Of a DNA stretch of 64,000 nt, positions 18,817 to 29,460 are shown one piece after another. Under the pieces are notes generated by a model that searched no databases, had not been told where the DNA came from, and saw only the letters and a program-made list of their open reading frames with translations. The position numbers and the translations under genes were made by a program. This DNA is from an uncultured bacterium (GTDB lineage Bacteria > UBA8481), in contig CAZCME010000003.1 of the NCBI GenBank assembly GCA_964499705.1, forward strand, positions 62,001 to 126,000, read 5' to 3'. Position 1 is the first letter of the stretch. Every line of letters starts with the position of its first letter.

Positions 18817-19827
18817 ATGGCCCTCCCCAATATCCGTTCCATCACGCAGGCCGAATTTCTCCGCGTCTTCCGGGAACTCGGCGAACCCGCGTACAAGGCG
18901 GAAGCGCTCAAGCAGTTTCTCTTCAAGGAAGGCGTGACGGATTTCGAGCATGTCACGACGCTTTCGCTTGCCGTGCGCCGGCAGCTGGCTTTGCGATACG
19001 ATGCCGTCATGCCCGAGATCGCATCGCGCGCCGTCGCGAACGACGGAACCGTGAAGGTCCTTCTCAACTGGGCCGGGACGACGGCGGAAGCGGTTCTCAT
19101 GCCTTCCGTGAAGGGAAAGACCATCTGTCTCTCCGCGCAGTCGGGCTGCCGCCTGCGCTGCGGCTTCTGCGCCACGGGCACCCTGGGTCTGAAGCGGAAC
19201 CTCACCTGCGGCGAGATTCTCGACCAGATCCTCGTGCTGTCCGGCGAGGGCGCGATCTCGCGCGTGGTCGTGATGGGAATGGGCGAGCCGATGGAAAATC
19301 TCGACGAGCTCATTCCCGCCCTGGCGTTCGCGATCTCCGAGAAGGGCCATAGCCTCTCGCGAAAGAAGGTCACCGTCTCCACGGTCGGGCTATGTCCGGA
19401 AATCGAGCGTTTCGCCGCGGAAGGCCCCGGCGTGGAACTGGCGATATCCCTGCACGCCACGACCGATGAGATCAGGACGATGCTCATGCCGGTCAACAAG
19501 AAGTATCCCATCGAGATGCTGATGCGAAGCGCCCGGATCTACGCGGAACGCGCCAACGCGAAAGTGACGATCGAATACACATTGCTGGAGGACGTCAACG
19601 ACACGGACGCGGATGCCGGACGCCTGGCGAGGATCTCCCGCAAGTACCAGATGCCCGTGAACCTGATCCGCTACAACAAGGTCTCCGACCTTCCGTTTTC
19701 GCCTTCGCCCCGGCTGGATGAATTTGCGCTGATGCTGAAGGGAAAAGCGCTCGGCGTGACCGTGAGAAGATCGAAAGGAAGCTCGATCCAGGCGGCATGC
19801 GGCCAGTTGGCCGGTGCATTGCGATAG
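18817..19827 (+). CDS. rlmN: Dual-specificity 23S rRNA/tRNA C2-methyltransferase RlmN
   Basis: Radical SAM CRLRCGFC, MGMGEP, ISLHA, C-terminal AACGQL. Confidence 0.93.
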   Translation: MALPNIRSITQAEFLRVFRELGEPAYKAEALKQFLFKEGVTDFEHVTTLSLAVRRQLALRYDAVMPEIASRAVANDGTVKVLLNWAGTTAEAVLMPSVKGKTICLSAQSGCRLRCGFCATGTLGLKRNLTCGEILDQILVLSGEGAISRVVVMGMGEPMENLDELIPALAFAISEKGHSLSRKKVTVSTVGLCPEIERFAAEGPGVELAISLHATTDEIRTMLMPVNKKYPIEMLMRSARIYAERANAKVTIEYTLLEDVNDTDADAGRLARISRKYQMPVNLIRYNKVSDLPFSPSPRLDEFALMLKGKALGVTVRRSKGSSIQAACGQLAGALR

Positions 19828-19854
19828 GATCCTTCCGCCTTTATGATATCTCCC

Positions 19855-20685
19855 GTGCATACCGCGCTCACGAAAACTCTCGCTGTCATCGGCAATCCCA
19901 TCGAGCATTCCATGAGCCCGCTCATTCATGGAGCCGCCATCGCGGAGACGGGAGTCGATTTTTCCTATGTGGCGTACCGCGTCACCGACGCTGCGGAGGC
20001 GGTCCGCGCGATGAGGGCGCTCGGGATCAGGGGTTTTTCCGTGACCATTCCTCACAAAGAAACGGTCATACCTCATCTCGATCGCCTTGACGAATCGGCG
20101 AAGGGTTGCGGATCCGTGAATACGATCGTGAACGACAACGGAACGCTCACGGGTTATACGACCGACGGTCCCGGCGCCGTGGCCGCGCTGCGCGCCGGCG
20201 GAGTAGACCCCGCGGAGAAGCGAGTGCTGATCGTGGGCACGGGAGGCGCTGCGCGGGCGATCTCGTTCGCGCTTCTCTCCGAAGGCGTGTCGTGCATCGC
20301 CTTCCAGGCGGAAGTGCCGGCACAGGCTGCGCGGCTCGCGCATGACCTCAATGCCGCCCGCCCTGGCGTTGTCGTGGACCGTTTGCCGTCGCCGCCGGAC
20401 CTGCTGGTGAATGCTTCGCCCGTGGGAATGCATCCGCGTACGGATGCGTTGCCGGTGGAACGATCGCTTCTCCGGAGCGGAATGGCCGTCTTCGACATCG
20501 TCTATAATCCCATCCGGACGCTTCTCCTGAAGGAAGCGGAAGCGCTCGGTTGCGCGACGATCGACGGAGCGGGGATGTTCGCGGAGCAGGCCGCGCTCCA
20601 GTTCGAGCTCTTCACCGGCCGTCCCGCGCCCCGGGAACTCATGCGCCGGACGGTGCGAGACGCGCTCTTGTCCAGGCAAGGATGA
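19855..20685 (+). CDS. aroE: Shikimate dehydrogenase
   Basis: IGNPIEHSMSP, SVTIPHK, SVNT, TTDG, GTGGAAR, DIVYNP; start set at GTG 19855. Confidence 0.95.
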   Translation: MHTALTKTLAVIGNPIEHSMSPLIHGAAIAETGVDFSYVAYRVTDAAEAVRAMRALGIRGFSVTIPHKETVIPHLDRLDESAKGCGSVNTIVNDNGTLTGYTTDGPGAVAALRAGGVDPAEKRVLIVGTGGAARAISFALLSEGVSCIAFQAEVPAQAARLAHDLNAARPGVVVDRLPSPPDLLVNASPVGMHPRTDALPVERSLLRSGMAVFDIVYNPIRTLLLKEAEALGCATIDGAGMFAEQAALQFELFTGRPAPRELMRRTVRDALLSRQG

Positions 20686-21194
20686 AATCCAATCTTGTTC
20701 TGATCGGCTACCGCGGGACGGGTAAATCCACGATCGCGCGCAGGCTCGGCGCGCGAATGGAACGCGCGGTCATTTCGCTCGATGAGGAGATTGTCCGGTC
20801 AGCGGGGTTGAACATTCCATCGATCGTGGAGAAATTCGGATGGAATCATTTCCGGGATCTGGAATCGGAAGAAGCGCGAAAGGCCTCCTCGTTGACGAAC
20901 CGGATCATCGACGCCGGAGGAGGCGTCGTGCTGCGGCCCGCGAATGTCGATGCGTTGAAGAACTCCGGTTTCTGCGTGCTCCTGACGGCCTCGGTGGAAA
21001 CGATCGCGAGCCGGATCGCATCCGATGCCAACAGGCCGTCCCTGACGGGGAAAAACATCACGGACGAGATCGTATCCGTGCTGAAGGAGCGGGAGGAACT
21101 GTATCGGGCCGCCGCCGACGTTGTCATCTCCACGGACGACAAGACGATCGAGGAAGCGGTAAACGGAGCGGAGAGATTCTACCTCGGGAGTTGA
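20682..21194 (+). CDS. aroK: Shikimate kinase
   Basis: LIGYRGTGKS P-loop, FRDLE, GGGVV, RPSL; ATGA overlap with aroE. Confidence 0.93.
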   Translation: MKSNLVLIGYRGTGKSTIARRLGARMERAVISLDEEIVRSAGLNIPSIVEKFGWNHFRDLESEEARKASSLTNRIIDAGGGVVLRPANVDALKNSGFCVLLTASVETIASRIASDANRPSLTGKNITDEIVSVLKEREELYRAAADVVISTDDKTIEEAVNGAERFYLGS

Positions 21195-21263
21195 CGGGGC
21201 GGGGAAATCAGGACTGGAGAAACAGGATGCCGGGTTCCAGGACCGGAGGAACGGGACGCGCGC

Positions 21264-22718
21264 ATGCAATTTGATTCCTGGCAGTTCATCGCGTTCTTTA
21301 TTCTCGTCACGGCCGCATTTCGACTGGTCAGCGTTCGATCGAGATGGCTCCTGTTTCTCATGGCAAGCTATGTCTTTTACATGGCCTGGAAACCGGAATA
21401 TGTATTCCTTCTTCTCTTCTCCACGTCCGTGGATTACGTCTCCGCCATCCGCATGAATTCCTCCCGGTCGACGGCGGCGCGGGGAGGATGGCTCTGCTTC
21501 AGTCTTGTTGCCAACCTGGGCGTGCTCTTCCTGTACAAATACTATGGGCTCTTTCAATCGACTTGGTCGACCGTTACATCATCATACGGGCTCGCCGACA
21601 TGCTTCCCCGATCGAATCTCGTTCTGCCAGTGGGGATTTCCTTCTACACGTTTCAGTCGCTGGCGTACACGATCGATGTCTTTCGGGGCGATCTGCCCGC
21701 GGAAAAACATTTCGGACGGTTCGCTCTTTATGTGGTCTTCTACCCTCAGCTTGTCGCGGGGCCGATCGAGCGCGCCGACAGGCTGCTTCCGCAGTTGAAT
21801 TTCGAGCGCTCGCCGAATCACGATGATATTGTCGTCGGCTTTCGCCATATTCTCTGGGGGCTCTTCAAGAAGATGGTCGTTTCGGACAGGATGGCGGAAG
21901 CGGTGGACCTGGCGTACAGCGCGCCCGTGGAACATGCCGGACTCGGATCCATCGTCGCGACGGTTTTCTTCGCGTTGCAGATCTATGCCGATTTCTCGGG
22001 ATACTCGGATATTGCCATCGGATCCGCGCGTATTTACGGAGTGAGGCTCATGGATAATTTCAGGCAGCCCTATTTCGCGCTTAATCCCCGCGACTTCTGG
22101 TCGCGCTGGCATATTTCCCTTTCCACCTGGTTCCGCGATTATCTCTACATTCCCCTGGGAGGAAACAAGGGTGGGCCGTCGCGGCGAATCAGGAACATCA
22201 TCCTGGTGTTCGGGCTTTCCGGATTGTGGCATGGAGCCGCGTGGCACTACGTGATCTGGGGTCTCCTTCATGCGGGCTACTACCTGGCCTTTCATGAGGG
22301 AGAGCGGTTGATTCCCGGGATGGATCGGGCCCTGCGCAACCGGCGGGGGGCCTTCGGAAGCTGGCTGGCGACGCTGGTTCTCGTCCTTGTGGCGTGGATC
22401 TTCTTTCGCGCATCGTCGGTGCCGTCCGCGCTCTTCATGATCCGCAATCTCTTCTCGGATGCGGCGGGCTGGACCGATCCCCAGCACCTCCGGCATGTTT
22501 TCTGGGGACTCAACCTGAGCAGGATGGATGTCATCATCATCGCCTGCTGCAATGCAACGGAGCTCCTTTTCGAATGGCAGAACGAGAAGGGGCCCGTGTG
22601 CGAGCGATTGTCGAGCGCGCCGTTTCCTCTGCGCTGGGCCCTGTATCTGGCCCTAGCCCTGGCCATCCTGAACCTGAGTCCCGGAGAGGCGATTCCCTTT
22701 GCGTATTTTCAATTCTGA
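21264..22718 (+). CDS. MBOAT family O-acyltransferase (AlgI/DltB-like)
   Basis: LPVGISFYTFQ, QLVAGPIER, DFSGYSD, FWSRWHISLS, SGLWHGA catalytic His. Confidence 0.93.
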   Translation: MQFDSWQFIAFFILVTAAFRLVSVRSRWLLFLMASYVFYMAWKPEYVFLLLFSTSVDYVSAIRMNSSRSTAARGGWLCFSLVANLGVLFLYKYYGLFQSTWSTVTSSYGLADMLPRSNLVLPVGISFYTFQSLAYTIDVFRGDLPAEKHFGRFALYVVFYPQLVAGPIERADRLLPQLNFERSPNHDDIVVGFRHILWGLFKKMVVSDRMAEAVDLAYSAPVEHAGLGSIVATVFFALQIYADFSGYSDIAIGSARIYGVRLMDNFRQPYFALNPRDFWSRWHISLSTWFRDYLYIPLGGNKGGPSRRIRNIILVFGLSGLWHGAAWHYVIWGLLHAGYYLAFHEGERLIPGMDRALRNRRGAFGSWLATLVLVLVAWIFFRASSVPSALFMIRNLFSDAAGWTDPQHLRHVFWGLNLSRMDVIIIACCNATELLFEWQNEKGPVCERLSSAPFPLRWALYLALALAILNLSPGEAIPFAYFQF

Positions 22719-23697
22719 GCGGCTGCGTCCCCGGAGCATACGATTGCGCTTGCTGCTCTTCATCCTGCTGCTGGTCGCGCTTCAGACCGCGCTCATGGAT
22801 GTTCACCTGCCGCAGGATGTCCAGTTGCTGAACACCTATCTGGAAGAACGGCGCGACCTGGTAATCCTGGGCAACAGCACATCCCTGCCCGTGCCTGATG
22901 ACGAGGACTTGACGACGCTGGGGGAGCATCTGCAGACCTTTCTTCCGGGCCGTCGCGTGGGCGAACTTGTCCGACCGGGCACGAATCCGCTCCTCGCGGA
23001 TGCCTACGCGGATTACCTGGCGCGGATCAGTCCCGAATCCTCCGGACGCCCCTTGATCGTGATCCCGGTGAATCTCTATGCGTTTTCTCCGTACTGGGAC
23101 CGGATGCCGAGCCGACAGTTCCTGTGGCTCAGGTATCCGCTGCATTTTCACGGCACGTGGCGCTGGCCTTTTTATGCGCCCGCGCTGGCTTTTGAATACC
23201 TGAACATGAATCCGATATCCTATGCCGACGCGATGGCATCGCCCGTCCGGGAAGCGGATTCGGTCGTGGGCACACTTTCCGAAATTCTGAACCGCCAGAA
23301 GGATCCGGCCACGACAGATCCCGCGCGAGTTCAGGTGGCGCTGTATTTCATGGAGAGAATCACGAAGGAACATCGGCAACTGCAGGCGATCGTCAGCACG
23401 GCGCGGCGGCTGAACACGGCCGGATATCCCCATCTCTTCTACATTCCGCCTGTCAATGTGGATTCGGGAGCGGCCCATGCCGGTCCCATCTTGCGATCAA
23501 GGGTCCGTGAGAATGCGGCGCTCGTCCGCGCCGAGCTGGAGCGGGAAGGATCGCGCGTGCTCGATCTTTCCAGCCTGCTGGGCGCGGATTCCTTTTCCGC
23601 GAAGGTCGCCATTGGCGAACACTGTTATTCCGCGGGCCGGAGGATCGTCGCGTCCAGGATCGCGGACGCCGTCGAGGCCGACGGATTCGAGAAGTAA
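22699..23697 (+). CDS. SGNH/DltD-like periplasmic partner of the MBOAT acyltransferase
   Basis: N-terminal TM, VILGNS block I serine, C-terminal GEHCYSAG histidine; overlaps MBOAT end. Confidence 0.55.
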   Translation: MRIFNSERLRPRSIRLRLLLFILLLVALQTALMDVHLPQDVQLLNTYLEERRDLVILGNSTSLPVPDDEDLTTLGEHLQTFLPGRRVGELVRPGTNPLLADAYADYLARISPESSGRPLIVIPVNLYAFSPYWDRMPSRQFLWLRYPLHFHGTWRWPFYAPALAFEYLNMNPISYADAMASPVREADSVVGTLSEILNRQKDPATTDPARVQVALYFMERITKEHRQLQAIVSTARRLNTAGYPHLFYIPPVNVDSGAAHAGPILRSRVRENAALVRAELEREGSRVLDLSSLLGADSFSAKVAIGEHCYSAGRRIVASRIADAVEADGFEK

Positions 23698-23790
23698 CGT
23701 GATCCAGGCAAAGCCGGAGCGTTCGTTGCGGCGGATACCTTCCCCCCTTATGATCACAACCATGCCGCTCATGCGTGGAAGGATCTGTCG

Positions 23791-24957
23791 ATGAAGGCCG
23801 ATATTCCGGGAGGCTCTGTCGCCTCGGGACGGGACGGAAGATACCGGCCGATCGTGGCGTTTCTCCGGCCGGGCGCCACGCTCGCCGAATACGAAATGAA
23901 TTATGTCTCGCTTCTGGCGGACGATTTCGCCCTGCGAGTCCTGACGGTGGGAGATACGGCAATCGGCGGCACGCCCGAGGGCGTGCGCCGGCTGAAGTGG
24001 CCCGATGAATTCACGTGGAAAGGTCGCCGACGTTCCTTGCTGAACGGCCTCTACGCGCGATTCTTCGGCCGTCGCGGCCACGTGCCCGGGCTCATGGGCG
24101 CTTTACGTGGAGCAAGCCTGGTGCAGGCCGGCGAAGCGGCCAGCGAGTACTCCTACCAGGCGGCCCGCCTGAAGGAACGCCTGGGTTTCCGGCTTCTCCT
24201 GTCCGCCTCGGAGAACCAGGAAATCCTTGCGCATCGCGACAAGGCGCATGAGGAACGGATCCGGTTCACGCTCGCTCGCGTGGATCATGCCCTCGCGATT
24301 CCGCCCGCGGCGCGCGATCGCCTGGTCGAGGCGGGATTGCCTCCGGAGAAGATAACGGTGATCGGCCATGGAATCGACTGCGACCGATTCTCCCCGGAGC
24401 GCCGGGAGACATCCGACACGATCCGTGTCGGTTATTGCGGGCGTTTCCGCAGGGAAAAGGGTCTCGCGTTCCTGATCGAAGCGACGGAACCGCTCGATCT
24501 CGACCTGGTTCTCCTGGGAGACGGCCCGGACAGATCCGACCTGATTCACCGGGCGCATCATCGCGTACAGTTTCAACCGGAGCTGCCCTATGGGCGGATG
24601 CACAACTTCTACAAGGGTATCGACATCTTCGCGCTGCCGAGCATACCGTTGCCGGGTCTCGTGGAGCAGTTCGGTTTTGTCCTGATGGAAGCGATGGCGT
24701 CGGGTATCCCGATTGTGGCGAGCCATATCGGAGGAATTCCGCATGTCGTGGGAGCAGAAGCGGGAGAGGGCTGCGCTCTGCTCGTCCCCCCCGGGGATAC
24801 GCACGCGTTGCGGGAAGCGATCCATCGCCTCGCGGCGGATCCTTCTCTTCGCGCCGGGATGGGCGCCGCCGGCATCGCCCGCGCCCGAAAGTTATTTCGC
24901 CGCGAGGATGTCGCGGACAGGATGCGTCGCGTCTATCGGGAGCTCCTGACCGCGTGA
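23791..24957 (+). CDS. Glycosyltransferase family 4
   Basis: GRFRREKG, EQFGFVLMEAMASG (Ex7E), GGIP, VPPGD. Confidence 0.9.
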   Translation: MKADIPGGSVASGRDGRYRPIVAFLRPGATLAEYEMNYVSLLADDFALRVLTVGDTAIGGTPEGVRRLKWPDEFTWKGRRRSLLNGLYARFFGRRGHVPGLMGALRGASLVQAGEAASEYSYQAARLKERLGFRLLLSASENQEILAHRDKAHEERIRFTLARVDHALAIPPAARDRLVEAGLPPEKITVIGHGIDCDRFSPERRETSDTIRVGYCGRFRREKGLAFLIEATEPLDLDLVLLGDGPDRSDLIHRAHHRVQFQPELPYGRMHNFYKGIDIFALPSIPLPGLVEQFGFVLMEAMASGIPIVASHIGGIPHVVGAEAGEGCALLVPPGDTHALREAIHRLAADPSLRAGMGAAGIARARKLFRREDVADRMRRVYRELLTA

Positions 24958-25358
24958 ACGCTCCGGGGCATCATGTCGCCATCTACGACGGCGGCTGCTC
25001 CCTCTGTTCCGACTTCGCCGTCCTTCTCAGGAAACTCGTGGCCCCGGCCGTTCTCGATGTCGTTCCCTGCGGCAGCGCGATCCAGAAGAAACTGGCTCCT
25101 CAAGTCGAATTGCGGGAATGCGCGCTCGACTTCATGCTGGTGCGGTCCGACGGCGGAATGCTGAAGGGCGTCGATGCCGTTCGGGAAGCCCTGTTGCTCT
25201 CCTCTTGGTTCCGGCGCATGAGGCCGCTTTTCATGAGTCGAATGGGAATGTTCGCGGCGCGGATCATCCACCTCGGCGCCCGCCGCCGCCGCGCCCGTAA
25301 AGGCTGCTGCGGAAAAGCGAAAGCGACCGCGGAAAATCAGGCGGAAAAACTTCCGTAA
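24954..25358 (+). CDS. DCC1/DUF393-like thiol-disulfide oxidoreductase family protein
   Basis: IYDGGCSLC (DxxCxxC) at the N-terminus; GTGA overlap with GT4. Confidence 0.65.
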   Translation: MNAPGHHVAIYDGGCSLCSDFAVLLRKLVAPAVLDVVPCGSAIQKKLAPQVELRECALDFMLVRSDGGMLKGVDAVREALLLSSWFRRMRPLFMSRMGMFAARIIHLGARRRRARKGCCGKAKATAENQAEKLP

Positions 25359-25360
25359 AG

Positions 25361-25380
25361 AAACAGGATGGACAGGATGG
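25361..25380 (+). repeat. Half copy of the 9-nt-periodic CAGGAT repeat
   Basis: AAACAGGATGGACAGGATGG between convergent genes; same unit as 53258-53281 and 63759-63776. Confidence 0.55.
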
Positions 25381-25398
25381 AAACCAGGAGTCCCGCCA

Positions 25399-25992
25399 TC
25401 AAGACAGAAGCATCTGGAATGCGCGCCAGGCCGCGAAGGAAACGACCGCGACGATGGCGCCGGAGAGCATCATCACGATGATGCCGTAGAGCGCGAAGAG
25501 ACCGTCGCGCGCGAGTATGGCGATGGACAGGAGGACGCATCCGAGCGCGGGAACGAAATTGCCTCCCGGGGGCATCGGCAACGCGAGAAAGATGCCGCAG
25601 ATCACGATGCCGGCTCCGCAGAACCGGATGAAATACGGATGAGCGGCCCAGGAGCCTCGCGGCCGCGCCCAGCCGCCCGCGCGATGGAGTATCTTCTCCG
25701 CGAATTCCAGCATGACGATCGCGCGCTTCTCGGGGACGCGCCGGATTTTCCAGGAGGCGGGCAGCCAGGCGGGCGCGCCCAGAGCCAGACCAGCTCCAAG
25801 CGCGATGACGGCGGCGCCGAAGAGCGTCGAGAGGCCGGGCAGGGGGATGGGAGAGAGGAAGATCGCGCAGAAGAGAACGACAAGCAGCGCATAGCCGCGT
25901 TCGCCGATGGCGTCGAGCAATTCTCCCAGGGTGAGATCGTGGCCCTCGATGTCGGCACGGAGTTGAGCGAGCGCATCGCGGATTTCCTTCAT
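25399..25992 (-). CDS. ExoD family exopolysaccharide-synthesis membrane protein
   Basis: TLGELLDAIGERGY, PIPLPGLSTLFG, WLP, LPMP..NFVPA, RDG. Confidence 0.85.
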   Translation of the reverse strand: MKEIRDALAQLRADIEGHDLTLGELLDAIGERGYALLVVLFCAIFLSPIPLPGLSTLFGAAVIALGAGLALGAPAWLPASWKIRRVPEKRAIVMLEFAEKILHRAGGWARPRGSWAAHPYFIRFCGAGIVICGIFLALPMPPGGNFVPALGCVLLSIAILARDGLFALYGIIVMMLSGAIVAVVSFAAWRAFQMLLS

Positions 25993-26059
25993 CGCGTTCC
26001 TATCGCGTTGAGCGCAACCAAGGTAAGCGGCGCGAAGTATTCCGGCTCTTCGCGAGGAA

Positions 26060-27238
26060 TTATCGGAATGCTTCGCTCACCCGGTCCCAGAATCCCTTGA
26101 CCTTCGCGTTGCCTTCGCGGAGCGTGTCGAGCTCCGCCAGGATTTCCTTCTCGCGTTTCGTCAATTTCTTCGGCACCTCCAGCTCGACGCTCACGAGGAG
26201 ATCGCCCGTGTGCCGGCCGTGCACATGGGCGAGTCCCATGCCGCGGACGCGGAAGACGGTGTGCGTTTCGGTTCCGGAGGGAATCTTGACGCGGGCGCGC
26301 TGGTATTTGCCGTCGGAACCCTTCGTGAGCGTCGGCACTTCTATTTCCGTCCCGAGGGCCAGCTGCGAATACGTCACGGGAACATGAACGATGAGATTCA
26401 CGTCCTGTCGCTCGAAGATCGAGTGGGGCTTCACCTGGATGACGATGTTCAAATCGCCGGAAGGACCGTTGAAGGGGCCGACATCGCCTTCTCCTCGCAT
26501 CCGCACGACCATGCCGTCCTCGACGCCCGCCGGAATCTTGACCGTGATCGAGCGGCGGATTTCCTCGCGGCCCTGGCCCGCGCAGTCGGAGCAAGGATTC
26601 TTGATCTCCTTGCCGGTGCCTTGGCAAGTCGGACACGTTTCGATCGCGGAGAAGTGCCCGAAGAAAGTCTGCTGGGCCCGCCGCACCTGGCCCTGGCCTT
26701 TGCACGTCGAGCAGGTGACGTGGCCCGAACCGGGCTTGGCGCCGGTGCCGGAGCAGCTTCCGCACGGTTCGAGCCGCTTCAACTTCAGGTCGATTTCGGC
26801 GCCCGCCGCGGCTTGTTCGAACTCCAGTGTCACTGTGGCGCGGAGATCGTCTCCCCGATAGACATTTTCACCGCCGCCGCCGCCGAAGAGATCGTCGAAT
26901 ATCGATCCGCGGAATCCGCCGGAGCGGCGTGCGCCGCCACCGAAGAAATCCCCGAAGGCGCTCCGCAGCACATCGTTGATGTCGACCTGCGCATAACCGC
27001 CTCCCGCCGCCGCCTGCTCGAATGCGGCGTGGCCGAACTGATCGTATTTCTTCCGCTTATCCGTGTCGGACAGGACGGCATAGGCGTTGGAGATTTCCTT
27101 GAATTTCTCCTCGGCTTCCTTGTTTCCCGGGTTCTTGTCAGGGTGATAGCGCATCGCCAGTTGACGGTAGGACTTCTTGATCTCCTCCACCGAGGCTGTC
27201 CGGGCGACACCCAGGATGTCGTAATAGTCCTTGCTCAT
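26060..27238 (-). CDS. dnaJ: Molecular chaperone DnaJ
   Basis: J domain with HPD, G/F-rich region, four CxxCxGxG zinc-finger repeats, C-terminal domain. Confidence 0.97.
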   Translation of the reverse strand: MSKDYYDILGVARTASVEEIKKSYRQLAMRYHPDKNPGNKEAEEKFKEISNAYAVLSDTDKRKKYDQFGHAAFEQAAAGGGYAQVDINDVLRSAFGDFFGGGARRSGGFRGSIFDDLFGGGGGENVYRGDDLRATVTLEFEQAAAGAEIDLKLKRLEPCGSCSGTGAKPGSGHVTCSTCKGQGQVRRAQQTFFGHFSAIETCPTCQGTGKEIKNPCSDCAGQGREEIRRSITVKIPAGVEDGMVVRMRGEGDVGPFNGPSGDLNIVIQVKPHSIFERQDVNLIVHVPVTYSQLALGTEIEVPTLTKGSDGKYQRARVKIPSGTETHTVFRVRGMGLAHVHGRHTGDLLVSVELEVPKKLTKREKEILAELDTLREGNAKVKGFWDRVSEAFR

Positions 27239-27245
27239 GTGGACC

Positions 27246-27800
27246 TCAGTGTTCCGGCGCTTCCGGAACGGGCGACGACGACGCTTCCGTCGAAGCCTTT
27301 TCTCTCGCCACCACCACGTGCGCGTGACGGATGACGCGGTCTTTCACCCTGTATCCCCTGCGGATCGTCATGGTGATGCAACCCGGCTTCACATCGGCCG
27401 ATTCCTCTTCCGCCACCGCTTCATGCACCGCGTGTTCGAATTTATCTCCGCGCGCGACGGCGATTTCGTCCAGGCCGAAGAGCTTCAGGGATTCGAAGAG
27501 CTGCCTGGCGATGAGATCGATGCCCTGTCCCCACTGGGGATCGGTGCGATCGTGGGAGGGATCGAGCGCGAGGGAGAGGTGATCGAGAACGGGCAGAATA
27601 TTCTCCATGACATTCACGGCCGCATACTGACGGATGTCATCAGCTTCCTTGATCTTCCGCTTGCGGAAATTTTCGAATTCGGCCTGCAATCGCAGGTGCC
27701 GGTCCTTCAACTCCGCCAGCTCCGCGCCGAAATCAACGGCCGGAGAAGATTCCGACGGATGGTGAAGTGCGGCTTCTATGACAGGCGCTGTTTCCGGCAT
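27246..27800 (-). CDS. grpE: Nucleotide exchange factor GrpE
   Basis: [47 protein letters not shown]. Confidence 0.95.
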   Translation of the reverse strand: MPETAPVIEAALHHPSESSPAVDFGAELAELKDRHLRLQAEFENFRKRKIKEADDIRQYAAVNVMENILPVLDHLSLALDPSHDRTDPQWGQGIDLIARQLFESLKLFGLDEIAVARGDKFEHAVHEAVAEEESADVKPGCITMTIRRGYRVKDRVIRHAHVVVAREKASTEASSSPVPEAPEH

Positions 27801-27855
27801 TGTGAATCCTCCCGATACGGTCAGGCATTATAAACGAAATCGAGATGAGGCGCCA

Positions 27856-29457
27856 TTAACCATTTGCCGGCGCTCGTCTCGAAAGGCGCGTCATCAGGAA
27901 GAGCGCGATGAAGAGAAAGAGCGCATGCAGGAGCCTGGCTGAAAGCATGCCGGTGTTGCCCGCCAGTGCGGTCAGTGCCGCGGCGCCGGCAAAGAGGATC
28001 ACGGCGCTCCGCTGCCGGTCGTTCAAGCTCGCGGCGGCGGGAAGAGCGGCGAGGGGCAGGAGGATCCCGGCGAACAGAAGCGAGCGCGGAAGCAGGTTGG
28101 TGGCGGCCAGGGCGATGCCCGCCAGGATAAAGGGATTCGCGGAGGCTGCCGCTTCGGCCAGGGAGGCGAGCGCGGCGGCCAGGAGCGCGGATGTCCAGGG
28201 CATGGGAGTGGGCCGTCCCGGCGCGATCAAGGCTCCCGCGAGAAGTGCCGCCGCCACACCGAGGCTCGCCTGCCATGCGGCGGTCTCCGCCGACATGTCG
28301 CGCATCCGCCGCGTGACGGCCGCGGCGAATATCGCGGGAATAATTAGAGCCAGGTATTCCTGGAAGCTGTCCGCTCGAAAGACGGCGATGAGAGACAGCG
28401 CTCCGAGATAACAACCGATCGTGAGAAAGGTACGTCGATCGGGCGCGCCGTCGCAGATGCCCCAGAAGAGAAACCAGGCGCCGTATGCCGCGAGCAGTCC
28501 CTTGGCGACGGAAGTCAGGAGACGTCTCTCCACTTCGTCCTGCTTCGCATCTTCCTGCGCGTGGGCCGTCGCGGGCGCCACGATGGTGAATCCGGCCGCC
28601 TTGTAATCGGTGACCACGCGAAAAATGTCGGAGGGTTTCGCGATCACGGCTGCTCCCGCGGAAAAGGAATCGGCGTCGCTCGCGCTCACGACGACCTTGG
28701 CGCTCGCCCAGCCGGGATTCGTGACGCCCCGGCTGATATACACCTCGGTCGGTTTCATGTGCGAATAGGCGGCCGCGGCGGCCCCGTTGGCGGTAACCAT
28801 GATCGCCATTCCCGATGCCGGCAGAGTTTTGACGTCGTCGGCTGTGGCGATTTCCAGGATGGGGACAAGTCCTGTCGCGGCCAGCCGCTCCCGATATGTC
28901 CTGTCCAGCCCGATCGTGATGGACCTGATCTCGTCGATGGGAGCAAGAGCCTCGATGATGAAGTTGCCAGGAATATCTCCGCCGAAATCATGAGATTCGT
29001 CGCGGTAGGAGCGGACCTTGTCCGAGCCGAGATTCTGCTGGAGCGTGGAGAGCATGCTTTCGAAGGTGTTCAACTTGTTGGAAAAAATATAAGTGGCTTC
29101 AGGACGAATCGGCTGATCCTTGATCTGCTCCCACATCCAGATATTCACGATCCCTTCCATGCGGAAGAGGCGGAGAATCTCGGAGCCTGACGCCATGGCG
29201 ATGTCGCGACCCTCCATGATGCTTCCGACCGTGGCCGGCTTCAGGACGACTCCGTGAGCGCCCGCCCTCATCAGGTAGTCCAGCATGGAGGAGTCGTTCA
29301 CGAGTTCCGCGAGAAAGGGAGCATCCACCAGCGCCGTCACGCTTTTTCGCGATGGCATGGGAGAGTCGCTCCGGCCGTAAAGGAGAAACGCGAGCGGAAG
29401 AAGGAGCGCGAAGAGGAAGGCGAGGCGTGCCTGCCACCTGTGGGCCGTCCCCGGCAC
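27856..29457 (-). CDS. Membrane protein with a large extracytoplasmic domain (DUF5693-like, tentative)
   Basis: N-terminal TM, ~290-aa soluble domain, 7-8 C-terminal TMs; fills the prfB-grpE gap. Confidence 0.5.
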   Translation of the reverse strand: MPGTAHRWQARLAFLFALLLPLAFLLYGRSDSPMPSRKSVTALVDAPFLAELVNDSSMLDYLMRAGAHGVVLKPATVGSIMEGRDIAMASGSEILRLFRMEGIVNIWMWEQIKDQPIRPEATYIFSNKLNTFESMLSTLQQNLGSDKVRSYRDESHDFGGDIPGNFIIEALAPIDEIRSITIGLDRTYRERLAATGLVPILEIATADDVKTLPASGMAIMVTANGAAAAAYSHMKPTEVYISRGVTNPGWASAKVVVSASDADSFSAGAAVIAKPSDIFRVVTDYKAAGFTIVAPATAHAQEDAKQDEVERRLLTSVAKGLLAAYGAWFLFWGICDGAPDRRTFLTIGCYLGALSLIAVFRADSFQEYLALIIPAIFAAAVTRRMRDMSAETAAWQASLGVAAALLAGALIAPGRPTPMPWTSALLAAALASLAEAAASANPFILAGIALAATNLLPRSLLFAGILLPLAALPAAASLNDRQRSAVILFAGAAALTALAGNTGMLSARLLHALFLFIALFLMTRLSRRAPANG

Positions 29458-29460
29458 GGG

